DNA from: Octopus sinensis
Taxonomy: Eukaryota
NCBI RefSeq assembly: GCF_006345805.1
Contig: NC_043000.1
Coordinates: 157,418,001 to 157,482,000 of the forward strand
DNA length: 64,000 bases
Reading direction: 5' to 3'
Under the pieces are notes generated by a model. It did not search any database. It was not told the origin of the DNA and saw only the letters and a list, made by a program, of their open reading frames with translations. The translations under genes and the position numbers were made by a program. Position 1 is the stretch's first letter; each line of letters begins with the position of its first letter. Below are positions 25,733 to 37,770 of this stretch, piece after piece.

Positions 25733-26549
25733 TATAAGTCACGTAGTTATATACACATACTTTGTTATATACACATTCTTAAAAGAAAATGTTATTTTGA
25801 ATACAACATTTATAAAGAATAAAATATTTTTTGGTTTTTCTTAACCCTTTCGTTACTATATTTCTGACCAAATTACACCCCTTATGTGTTTCAATTAATT
25901 TCTAACGTAATCATAAATTTAGTCTGGTTTCATTAAACAACTATAACTTTTTTATTTATCAATGTATTATTCTGATTTTTGGAAGATAATTTAATGAAAT
26001 ATTCTCAACCAATTCTATACTATAATTTTTGTCACAAAGTGACTCTAATTGCAGGTAGATACAGGTAAATTCAACAATATATAAAATTATTAAAATTTTG
26101 TTCAAACATTGCTATAGAAAATGGGTTATTAGCTAATATTCAATTGGGTATACAACAAAATTTTACGATAGAATTTGTTATTCTGGGTAACTTTCTGATA
26201 CCCATAATAATATTTATGGCAAATAGCCTTAATTTAATTTAAGGTTGTGAGAAATAAAAACTATCCTTTCTTTCGCTTTGTTTACGTTTAGCGTAATGAT
26301 TTCAATAGGCTCATTCGAAAAAGTAAAAAGAAATAGTTTAAAGCTTTATACTCTTCTGGGAAGTCTGTGGCTTGGTGCAGTTTCTTCAGAAAAATCACCG
26401 AAAGAAACAGTTTTTAAATTTTCACTCCATTCAGGTACCAATTCATTTTCTTAATTGCTGTCGGATTCACTGTTTTCACTTTAATAGCTGCAAACTTGCA
26501 AAGACAAAGGAGGAGAAGGGTGATAGCGTCAGTGAAACAGTCGCTTCCT

Positions 26550-26795
26550 TTGTGTGTGTGTGCGTTTGCGTGTGGTGTATCCCACATTAAGAAAAACATT
26601 TGACATATACACCAGAATGTGAGTTTTCTCTAAATTTTGCTTAATTGGGGTTGAAATTTTAAAAACCGGACCTGGCATGACCCGATGCATTCTACTCTTA
26701 AAAATGCTAGGTAAATTGTAATTGAAGAAATCCTATATTGTAGATTTCTATAACTTACAAAGGGAAGCAGATAAAATCTGCCTTTTATAATAAGA
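26550..26795 (-). mobile_element. 5' end of a second Helitron family (X)
   Basis: The minus strand starts TCttattataaaaggcagattttatctgc. It is about 90% identical to 28430-28672. Confidence 0.7.
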
Positions 26796-27433
26796 CTAGC
26801 AGTATCGCCCGGCGTTGCTCGGGTTTGTAAGGGAAATAACTATATAAGCATTTTTAGAGAGTTATAGCCAAAAAATAGCAAAAAATGCATTAAAAATGGA
26901 AAAAAATATGATGGTAAATTTTTTGAAAAATCGTTGACTCATCGTAGACATTTTCAGAGAGTTACTTCCCTTATATAATAGCGAAAAAATGCATTAAAAT
27001 GGAAAAAAAACGATGGTAAATTTTTTTTTAAATCGTAGACTCATGTAGACGCTTTCTTAGCCATTTTTGTTTTGGTGTCTTCAAGCCATGAAGTCGTTGT
27101 TCTAAAAGAACGCTGGTCTCCTTGACAACGCATTACGACGTTGATTTCCTTACACTCCCTTCCCCACAGGTGCAGGTGTGAGCGTGGACGCCAACTCCGC
27201 CGCCATCGACACACGAAAAATTATGCATTAAAATGGAATAAAAAATGATGTTAAATTATTTTTAAAATCGTAGACTCATCATAGACGCGCGCTAATAATC
27301 AGACGGGCTCGATATGAATCACGACTATAAGCTACCCGAATTTGGTTAAACTGCACCGCAAAATGTGGGAGTAGTTAGGAATCTAAATCGAAGGGGACAG
27401 ACACTCACACAACTACAGTTTTATATATATAGA
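26796..27433 (-). mobile_element. Non-autonomous Helitron (family Y, copy 2, longer)
   Basis: Same termini as 25339-25732 (TC at 27433, hairpin, CTAG at 26796), plus about 240 bp of extra internal sequence. Confidence 0.88.
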
Positions 27434-27439
27434 TATACA

Positions 27440-27868
27440 TAGCGCAGTAGTGGTGAGATGTGACAGCAAAGAAAAGCATACATTCACTCTCTGCATGCAA
27501 TTAGACTCGGAAAGTTCGTGAGGAACCCATTGACCCAATTTGCTGACTTTTCCGATAGCACACAGGTCTCAATGAATGGTTGAATGACCAAATCCAAGCT
27601 TCTCTGCTAGTTCCTCAACAGTTACGATGAGATTTTGTTCCACCAGGGTTTTCAGGATGTCCTTGTCGAGTTCTACAGATCTTTCAGGCTGTTCCAATAT
27701 AGCTTTGAAAAAAATAGCTGTTAAAATCGAAATGCACTCTTCAAAACTTGCACTATGAATAAGGACAAGATAAAATTACTACCTGCTTTTATAGCAAGTT
27801 AATATAAGTAGTTTATCCCATTCCCCTCTGACTTTTAGTTCAAGCTGTTGAAAAAACCGCATTATTAT
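27440..27868 (-). mobile_element. Mariner relic: left end and N-terminal transposase fragment
   Basis: Minus-strand peptide PERSVELDKDILKTLVEQNLIVTVEELAEKLGFGHSTIH*DLCAIGKVSKLGQWVPHELSESN (WVPHEL motif). The end ataatgcggtttttt is mariner TIR-like. Confidence 0.88.
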
Positions 27869-28159
27869 ATATACATACATACATACATACATACTACATA
27901 CATACTACATACATACATACATACATACACACACACACTCTCTCTCTCACACACATGCACACATTTATATTCTGTTATTCTTTTATATGTTTCAGCCTTG
28001 AGGTGTGGCCATGCTGGATCATGTGTGTGTGTGTGTGTGTCTATCTGTCTGTCTGTCTGTATGTATATATGTATATGTATGTGTGTGAACAATAATATTT
28101 TCAACAGATGTTTTGCAATGTATCTGATTGTTCTCAAGCTTCAATACTGTGTGTGTGTA

Positions 28160-28190
<31 letters not shown>

Positions 28191-28429
28191 ATGTATGTAT
28201 GTATGTATGTGTGTGTATGTATGTATGTGTGTGTGTGTGTGTGTACGTATGTATGTATGTATGTATGTATGAGTGTTCCTCAAATCACTATCTCTGGCTA
28301 TTTACTCTCTTCCAAGAACATTTTCACTCACACTTATGTGTTAGCTTCCCATACATTTTACTCATGTATCTATCAGCGTGATAGAGAGAAACAAATATTA
28401 CATCTAGTTTCACTTTATTCGTTGCCCAC

Positions 28430-28671
28430 TGTGTGTGTGCGTTTGCGTGTGGTGTAAACCAGACTAAGAAAAGCATTTGACACACACACCAGAATGTGAG
28501 TTTTCTGTAAATTTTACTTAATTGGAGTTTAAATTTTAAAAACTGGACCTGGCATGACGCGATGCATTGTACTCTTAAAATTGCTAGGTAAATTGTAATT
28601 GAAGAAATCCTATATTGTAGATTTGTATAACTTACAAAGGGAGGCAGATAAAATCTGCCTTTTATAATAAG

Positions 28672-28672
<1 letters not shown>
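28430..28672 (-). mobile_element. Helitron family X 5' end, second copy
   Basis: Matches 26550-26795. It has an A|TC start next to (TA)n and the hairpin aggcagat-aaa-atctgcct. Confidence 0.7.
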
Positions 28673-28738
<66 letters not shown>

Positions 28739-28754
28739 TATATTTTTTTTTTTG

Positions 28755-28955
28755 TACTTGTTTCAGTCATTTGACTGCGGCCATGCTGGAGCACCGCCTT
28801 TAGAGTGGTGAAAGAGTACAGCAGGGATCACCACCATCCCTGCCGGAGCCTCGTGGAGCTTTTAGGTGTTTTCGCTCAATAAACACACACAACGCCCGGT
28901 CTGGGAATCGAAACCGCGATCCTCCGACCGCAAGTCCGCTGCCCTAACCACTGGG
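28755..28955 (-). mobile_element. Chimeric SINE: family C head fused to family A 3' tail
   Basis: 28803-28955 is the family C head. 28755-28803 is the family A terminus tacttgtttcagtcatttgactgcggccatgctggagcaccgcc. Confidence 0.8.
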
Positions 28956-28994
<39 letters not shown>

Positions 28995-28996
28995 TG

Positions 28997-29052
<56 letters not shown>

Positions 29053-29082
29053 ATATATATAATATATATATATTATATATAT

Positions 29083-29113
<31 letters not shown>

Positions 29114-29116
29114 GTA

Positions 29117-29162
<46 letters not shown>

Positions 29163-29213
29163 TTTTTATATATATATTATATATATATTATATATATATT
29201 TATATATATATAA

Positions 29214-29423
29214 TAAAAATAAGCAACAAGGATATCCAGAGGTAATGCAGTAAATGGAGTTGCTTGAAACAATTGTACTGCATTACCCCTGGATATTCTT
29301 GTTGCTTATTTCGATTTTAATCACCTTATTTTGAAATGGTATGGATAATACCGTACTAAATTCTGGTGCCTCAGCTTAAGTGCCATATTCATCTGAATCT
29401 AAATTTTTGCTGAACTCGTATTT
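29214..29423 (+). mobile_element. Truncated inverted-repeat element related to the 48.4-kb family, with the 3' half of a hammerhead
   Basis: 36-bp arms at 29217-29252 and 29276-29311, with GAAAC-AATT-GTA at 29266-29277. The downstream sequence is homologous to 48805-48920. Confidence 0.7.
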
Positions 29424-29434
29424 ATATATACACT

Positions 29435-29466
<32 letters not shown>

Positions 29467-29873
29467 TACACACATACACACACATGCATACACACACACA
29501 CGTTTGTATGTATATGTATATATGTATATACAAGATGAAATAAAAATGAAATACAATAAAATAGCTAAAACGATCCTGTTGATAGCCTCACCCTTGCATT
29601 GTTAACCGTTATAAGTAATTCATCTTGAAAAACTTCCGATGTACTGCTTCTCGTGTCTACTATAAAATAAACGATTTAGAAACGTAAACTTAAAATATAT
29701 CAAAGTGTGGTATAAATTTGCATATTTAGTCAATACCTAAAGAAGTGTATTCCGACTAACACTTGCCAAATATCATTTTCCAATCTTTAATTATCTAAAA
29801 TCCTCCGATGAATTTTTAGAATCTCGGCAAACATTTCAAACATTCTTGTAGCTTATTTTGCAAATGAAAATAT

Positions 29874-30259
29874 GTGGAAGCACTCCGTCGGTTACGACGA
29901 TGAGGGTTCCGGTTGATCCGAATCAACGGAACAGCCTGCTCGTGAAATTAACGTGTAAGTGGCTGAGCACTCCACAGACACGTGCACCCTTAACGTAGTT
30001 CTCGGGGATATTCAGCGTGACACAGAGAGTGACAAGGCCGGCCCCTTGAAATACAGGTACAACAGAAACAGGAAGTAAGAGTGAGAGAAAGTTGCGCTGA
30101 AAGAGTACAGCAGGGATCGCCACCATCCCTGCCGGAGCCTCGTGGAGCTTTTAAGTGTTTTCGCTCAATAAACACTCACAACGCCCGGTCTGGGATTCGA
30201 AACCACGATCCTATGACCGCGAGTCCGCTGCCCTAACCACTGGGCCATTGCGCCTCCAC
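29874..30259 (-). mobile_element. SINE family C, body type 2, full-length
   Basis: Family C head with a distinct body of about 200 bp. The flanks caaatgaaaatat and caaataaaaaatat form an imperfect TSD. Confidence 0.9.
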
Positions 30260-30785
30260 AAATAAAAAATATACTCTGTTAAGCAATGAATAATAACGGG
30301 AGGAGCTACGAAGTCTATGGGCTCGAATTCATTTCACTTATGTCACTAATCAAACCAACACACCTGCCTCTCTCATTTCTCACTCTGTGTAGCCCTGTCT
30401 CTAATATTGTCTTTTACATTATTACTGGCGTGTAAAGGGACAGACAGAATTTAAATGCTTTACAGGAAGCTTAGAATATCAACGATATTCAGACAGGTAT
30501 GTATAACGCAATATGTATCACACTCGAATGCCGCTCCTGCTGTTTTACGAGATAAAGTTACGGCTATATTTTTTAATGAAGGAAACGCAGCTGTAAATAA
30601 AGCAATAGATATATTTTTTAATAAAGATAACACAGCAGTAGATTCCTGGTGAGATTTACAAACAGGCATGGAGTTTAGGAAAATACATATTACTAGGAAG
30701 TAACAGATGAGAAATTACAACACATGCGCTACTATAAAACTTGTATCTCTACCCAGCCATTAGGCTCTACCTTCTTTCCTATTGC

Positions 30786-30827
<42 letters not shown>

Positions 30828-30855
30828 CTCACTCACTCTCTCCCTCTCCCTCTCC

Positions 30856-30890
<35 letters not shown>

Positions 30891-31335
30891 CAAGTATATA
30901 TGAACGAAATTTAGGTTAGTTAAAATATGCTTGTGGCATATTTCAACTGCTAAAAGGGAAATTCTCTGCAGTTACTGTACAGAAAATATTTCTCTTATCG
31001 TAAAAATGTATGTGTGTATGCATGTATGTATGTATGTAATGATATGTAAATGTAAGAGCCAAAGATCCAGGTGAAGGAAGTCAGTAAACTTCGAGCAGCC
31101 CCTAAGGATTAAAAAAAACTACTTTCAGGAACAACAGTAGCTTATTGGCGTAGAAGGTTGTAAATATTTACCATTCCAAAATTTGATAAGTTGAAAAATG
31201 TTATTTTATACTTTGCCGTTAGCAACTAGTTTTGCTATGTATGGGAACAAAAATATAGTTTAACGGAATGGAGCAGGTAAGATCCAGGCAACATTGCTTG
31301 TATGATGGTGATGGTCGTTTACAATCACCACATGA

Positions 31336-31548
31336 TCTTTTCTACTCTAGGCACAAGGCCTGAAATTTTTGAGGAGGAGGCCAGTCTATTAGGTCGACTC
31401 AATTACACAGCTGGTACTTATTTTATTGACCCCGAAAGGATGAAAGGCAAAGTCGACCTCGGCGGAATTTGAACTCAGAACGTAAAGACAGACGAAGTAC
31501 TGCTAAGTATCTCACCCGCGTGCTAACGATATTGCCAGCTCGCCGCAT
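31336..31548 (-). mobile_element. SINE family B with alternative tail, nested in an older repeat
   Basis: Central domain and head are present, with the tail ggccttgtgcctagagtagaaaaga. Both flanks begin ttacaatca. Confidence 0.88.
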
Positions 31549-32450
31549 TACAATCATCGCGTAATGTCAGGGCAACGGTACACACAAAAACACGCACGCA
31601 CACACACATACACACACATCTTGAGTGTTTGAGTGTTGAGACTTACGTGCATTGCATAACAGGAAGTAGGAAACTAAGGGGAAAAATTACTTGAAAATAT
31701 TTGGAAATGTTGGCCCAGAGTCCACATCCTATAAGACTGCTGAACACACGGAATATACTGTTGACCTCAAATTGGAAATTGTTTATATATATATATATGT
31801 TTATCTTAACTTTTTGATGCGACTCTCCTCTATACAGTTTTCTACCCCTTCCTTCTCTAATTACCTTTTTCTCCCCTTCAGCGTTTTCTATCCGTCTCTC
31901 TCCCCACCTCTTACTCCTTTTCTCTCTCTTGTTGCTCACACGTGACCATCGTTCATCTTTCTTTTCTTGACATGACCATCTTTATTTTCCTACACGACCT
32001 TATAGGGACAGGGCGCCTTCAATCTCTCTCTTCTATTTTTTCTCTTTTCAAAGAAAATATTTCTTCCAGCGTTCAATATTTTCCCCTCCGTTCTGGTCTA
32101 ACGATCCTCCATGTTCGTTTTTGTTCGGTTTCCTTGTTTGGCTCCACTGTCTTGTTTTTGATCCCAAATTTGACCCTCCGCAAAATCCAAAATTTATTTG
32201 GAAATTATGAGAGGAACCGTCTTCCAAGACGCATATTGTCGTTGAATGCTCGAAATGAGGAGCCGATAACTGATGAAGGGTTGTTCTCTGTGTTATTAGT
32301 CCTGTTTCCAATCTTTTTTCTCTTGGTGTGTGCATATTTAACTCACTTGTTTTCGTACATCATGTTGTTCACAATCTGTGTCGCCCTGTACCCATATATG
32401 CATATATATATTTACACGATAACACACACACACACACACACACATAATAT

Positions 32451-32502
<52 letters not shown>

Positions 32503-32529
32503 TATATATATGTATAAAAAATATATATA

Positions 32530-32790
32530 AAAAATACAAAATGGGACAAGAACGCAAAACACTCAATTAGACGACGCAAAAAACGGACGGGTCATTCGAA
32601 GCCTCTAATCTTCAGTCAAGAACTGATCATCCTCGCAATTTCGGCTGATTAATCTTGAGATCGCTCCGATCCGGCCAGTCCCGAGGAAAAATTAAGCTAC
32701 GAGCATTAGATTTCTTGGAAAAAGGATCGAATGTATACGAAACAAGGACAAAAAAACGGACGATGCCACACGAATATAAATACAATATAT
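32530..32790 (-). mobile_element. Unclassified interspersed repeat (homologous to 60300-60575, more distantly to 32110-32390)
   Basis: Shared blocks ccgttttttt, cattcg, tctaatgctc.tag, atctcaag, cttgac.ga.ga, gaatgacc and ttgcgtt. Confidence 0.55.
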
Positions 32791-32795
32791 ATATG

Positions 32796-32920
32796 CAGGC
32801 GTGGCTGTGTGGGAAGGAGCTTGCTTCCCAACCACTGCGTGGAACCTTGTACAAGTGTCCTCTAGTTTAGACTCGGGTCAACCACAGCCTTGTGAGTGGG
32901 ATTTGTTTGGTGGAATCTGT
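32796..32920 (+). mobile_element. SINE family A 5' fragment
   Basis: gcaggcgtggctgtgtgggaaggagcttgcttcccaacc...agccttgtgagtggg. Confidence 0.75.
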
Positions 32921-35224
32921 ATACGTTATTCTTTACTTGTGACATTTTGAAAATCTGCGGTACAACACCAATTAAATTTAGTGTGTTAATCAGAATATCA
33001 CACACCACACACACACACACACACACACGCGCGCACACACACATGTATATATGTATGTATTAATGTTATGGTATAGTATTTACATTACATTGAATGAATG
33101 CTCAATATAGTTGGTAGAGTACAAATAAATTATTCTTTAACAAGAATTGTATTGAAAGTGACTTCGAAGTTTCGTTCAGCTAACCAATGTTCAGATTGTC
33201 TGATGATAGCTCAAATGGCCCAAACTTCGAAGTCCAGGAATAGTATATATTTACCGAGAAAATTTGTTACTGAGAAATGTCGTTCTATATTATTCATCGA
33301 TTTATGTATTTTTGCGTCGTTTTACGTATGTGTAGCAGTAGGGTACATACACATAGTTGTATGCAGATGTGTGGATAAAATGCTGGTAGCTACAATTTGA
33401 TTTTTCATACCTGGAATATTTTAAGTTGTACGTAGATCTGAACGCATGGAGGAGACATATCGGGGAAGCGAGAGAGAGAGAGAGGGAGAGAGAGAGAGAG
33501 AGAGGGAGAGAGAGCGAGCGAGCGAGAGAGAGAGAGAGAGAGAAAGAGAGAGATAGAGACAGGGGGCAGAGACAGAAAGAAAATGTGAGATAAAGTCAAA
33601 GAGCGGGAGGCAGAGAGAGGGAGAGAGATATAAGGGAGCTAAGTCAATTTTATGTTAAATATTCACGTTACATAAAATGTTTTCGGTAGACGGTCAGACG
33701 AACTTGTACTGACATCATGATGATTAATGATGACAATAATGATGGTAATTATCGTCGACGTTGCCTTCGTCGTCATCATCATTTTAAATACCATCACCAC
33801 TGAGAAATATATCCTCTACCACCACCGCCGCCGCTGCAGCCTCACCAGCACAACATAAATTATTCAGTGACTATAAATCTTAAATCTTAGGAGAGAAAGT
33901 AATCAATCCTCTTAAAATGAAAGGAAAGTCGTCTTGCAGAATTTCGGCTTAGTCTCTACGGCAGCCAAATCACCGACAAAACATACCTTTACTGTCTTAA
34001 AAAAGGGCACTTTCTAGGGTCGTTGAACATAGAAAAGCGTTGGGGTGGTTACAGATGAAATGTTTTGGTCAGAGATCTGCTCTGGGGTTAATCAAACAAC
34101 ACCAATTGTTTCAACACAACATCGCCACTGGTACTAGTGGACTCGTTTTCAGTAAATCTAAACAAGATACTCCCAAACCAGGTCCTGAACTGAACATAAG
34201 AAAAAGGCTGGATGGAATGATTTTGATCCTAGACAGTCCGGTTCGAGCTGACCTGGAGCTAAACAACAGAACAAAAACTGCAGTCACCTATCCCATAAAC
34301 AACATGCTACAGGTTTCGCAACTGGACACATTATAAACTGCAGTTCTAGATACGTTAAATCTTTAAAATATAAACTGGTTACTCTCAGAACCCCTTTAAT
34401 TATAAGTCTGTTCAATTATAGTTGATTTAAAATTAAAGAATTATAACGCACTGTATGTTTTTTTTATGAACATAAATTTAATTACTTAACACCAATATTT
34501 ATTTAATTACAATGGTTATAAATTAACTGAAATTCAAGTAACATAATTGCTAATTTGAAAATTCATAAAAAAATTTTTCTGTGAAGTTATATAATCTAGA
34601 AAATAAAAAGTCATTGCTGAAAGTAATCGAAGCAATTGATATGGTGAGCATTTTATGAAATGACTTATAAAATACTTAGTCCAACATTAAAACAGACTGA
34701 ATGCTGATTTCTACTGCGGGAACAAGTGGAACTTTCTTCTCATTTAGTCAGAAAGTTAAACACTTTACAGAGCTTCCAAGACTCTTAGGAGGGAAAACTT
34801 ATCTTCAGTCCGGATCTCTGGCTAAAAAACTTGGAACTAAATGGACTTAGCTATAGGCATTCAAAGATACCAATGATGGTGTGTCAGGGGACGTATGAAA
34901 TCTACCATCCGTGTAGGTCATGGTCAATTTGAGCTCAGAACTTAAAGACACGAGACATACGTCTAGGCATCCGATGCGGCTCCCTAACGATTCAGTCAAG
35001 TTGCAGAATCTAAAAAGAGTCTGTTAGAATGCCTTACGGTAATTGTACCAGCTCATTTGGCTCTTTGTTTCAAATCCCATCCATGCCGACTTTATTTTTC
35101 ATACCTTCGGGTTCGATCAATAAACCACCCGTTAAGTACTTGGTGTTTTTCTCTCCCACCCTCACTTTCTATTTATGTCTTCCAGAAACACAAAAGCTGA
35201 AGGAACCTAGAAAGGAGCCTTACA

Positions 35225-35640
35225 CTCTTTATTGCCCACAAGGGGCTAAACATAGAGGGGACAAACTAGGACTGACAAAGGGATTAAGTCAATTACATAG
35301 ATCCCAGTGCGTAACAGGTACTTATTTATCGATCCCGAAGGATGAAAAGCCAAGTCGACCTCAGCGGAATTTGAACTCAGAACGTAACAGCAGACGAAAT
35401 ACCTATTTCTTTACTGCCCACAAGGGGCTAAACACGGAGAGGACAAACAACCACAGACAAACGGATTAAGTCGACTATATCGACCCCAGTGCGTAACTGG
35501 TACTTATTTAATCGACCCCGCAAGGATGAAAGGCAAAGTCGACCTCGGTGGAATTTGAACTCAGAACGTAGCAGCAGCAGACAAAATACCGCTAAAAATT
35601 TCGCCCGTCGCGCTAACGTTTCCGCCAGCTCGCCGCCTTT
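35225..35640 (-). mobile_element. SINE family B, dimeric (second unit headless)
   Basis: Two tandem central domains joined at gaaataggtatttcgtctg. Confidence 0.9.
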
Positions 35641-35971
35641 CATCGCAATCCTACCCATATTTTCACTCTTGCTCTTCCCAAGAAAGAAATTGAGACGTAA
35701 GATCAAATGTTTGGGACACGAAACAATCGATTTAATCAGCCTCAATTCTTGGTTGCTATTTATTTTATCATTTAAGCTGCATGAAAGAAAAAGATGACCT
35801 TACCAGTATTCGAACTCAGAGCATAAAATGACATTGCTGCAATGTATTATCCTCCGACGGTCAATTTTAATATGTGAAGATGAAGTATGTTAATCCGTTA
35901 CCATTTCTAGAATTATGTTATAAAGTTTAAGAAACATGACGTGGAAGAGTAAGGTATATATTTTAAGGACG

Positions 35972-36003
<32 letters not shown>

Positions 36004-36384
36004 CACACACAAAGGCAGTGTTTCAACCTTTATTATTCCTCGTGCTCCTAAAAAATATTTGATTAATTTCGCGCTACTTTGAAGAAGGAGAGCCAGTTTT
36101 ATGATAACTGATATATGTAATTGTCATACCCACTGAATTGTCATCCTGTATCTCCAGGAGGTGCAAGCAATGCAACCAGTAGATGTTTAATAACTTTCCT
36201 TATGCATAAAAAGATATCACACACACACACACACACGCGCGCCTAATGTTAGCTTCACAGCTATGTGGCTTGCACTTAAGAAAAACAAGTACTAAATACT
36301 GTTAGGTAAAGTGAAATAATACTTAGTCAAAACTGAATTTGTAAGAGCGTCTTTCGAAGATTTTCGATTCAGTGTGTTTGTGTG

Positions 36385-36435
<51 letters not shown>

Positions 36436-36604
36436 AATATTGATTTCTAACATAGGCCCACATATATCTTTTAGAGGTAAGGGTTTCTATTAAATCGTCT
36501 GCAGAACTTAGCCGGTACCTTACTTTACGGACTTGAACTCGGAATGTAGAGTGGTGGCTAATCCCGCTTTGACGATTCCGCCAGTCTTCTATTCAATATA
36601 TGTC

Positions 36605-36828
36605 TGTAATATTGATTTCAAATTTTGACACACGGCCAGTAATTTCGAGGGAGGATGCTAGTCGATTACATCGACTCCAGTGTCTATCTGGCACTTATTT
36701 TATCGACATCGGAAAGATCAAAAGCAAACTCGACTTCGGCAGAATCTTAACTCAGAACTTAAAGGCGAACAAAATGCCGCTCAGCATTTCGCTTGGCGTG
36801 CTGACAATTCTGCTTGGTTACCACCTTA
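36605..36828 (-). mobile_element. SINE family B, old diverged copy
   Basis: ggcacttattttatcgacatcggaaagatcaaaagcaaactcgacttcggcagaat is a decayed central domain. Confidence 0.7.
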
Positions 36829-36881
36829 TATATGCCTGTAATAGTTATCCGCTTGGGGTGAGGAGTAACCAGAGTATATAT

Positions 36882-37364
36882 GTTTCTTTACTACCCACAA
36901 GGGGCTAAACACAGAGTGGACAAACAGGGACAGACAAAGGGATTAAGTCGATTACATCGACCCCAGTGCGTAACTGGTACTTAATTAATCGACCTCGAAA
37001 GGATAAAAGGCAAAGTCGACCTCGGTGGAATTTGAACTCGGAACGTAACGACAGACGAAATACGGCTTCGCATTTCGCCCGTCGTGCTAACGTTTCTGCC
37101 AGCTCGCCGCCCTCATAACCAGAGTATATATATATTTCTTTATTGCCCACAAGGGGTTAAACATAGAGAGGACAAACAAGGACAGACAAAGGGATTAAGT
37201 CGATTACATCGACCCCAGTGCGGAACTGGTACTTAATTAATCGACCTCGAAAGGATGAAAGTCAAAGTCGACCTCAGCGGAATTTGAACTCAGAACGTAA
37301 CGACAGACGAAATACCGCCAAGCATTCTGCCCGGCGCGCTAGCGTGTCTGTCAGCTCGCCGCCT
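36882..37364 (-). mobile_element. Two tandem full-length SINE family B copies, separated and flanked by the same 16-bp sequence
   Basis: taaccagagtatatat occurs at 36866, 37116 and 37365. Confidence 0.92.
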
Positions 37365-37738
37365 TAACCAGAGTATATATGCCTGTAATATGGCCAGTCG
37401 GGTATGCCTAGTCGCTTAGTTAAGGAGAGTGCCTCACTTTTTTGAGGTTTAGAGTTCGATTCGGTTGTGTGACATCTTAGGTAACTTTTTCTATAACCTG
37501 ACATTGAGAAAATCATTGCGAGTGAAGTTTAGTAGATGGATTGTGCAAGTCCAAATCAATCCAGTTGTTTCCTGCACAGTGTCACACTTATTCTACCTGA
37601 GGACCTATAATTTAAGCCAATCAGAATTCATTAAGTCTTATTTTCTTTAAAGATTATTTCATGCATAAAACTCATAAAACTCTGTCCAAAGACACACATA
37701 CACGAGCGCGCACGCACACACACGCGCGCGCACACACA

Positions 37739-37770
<32 letters not shown>

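Noticed and set aside
25841-26550. Complete piggyBac element
   Set aside because: Only one TTAA-CCC-like end was found, with no matching right end or transposase. It is kept only as a remark in the Helitron finding.
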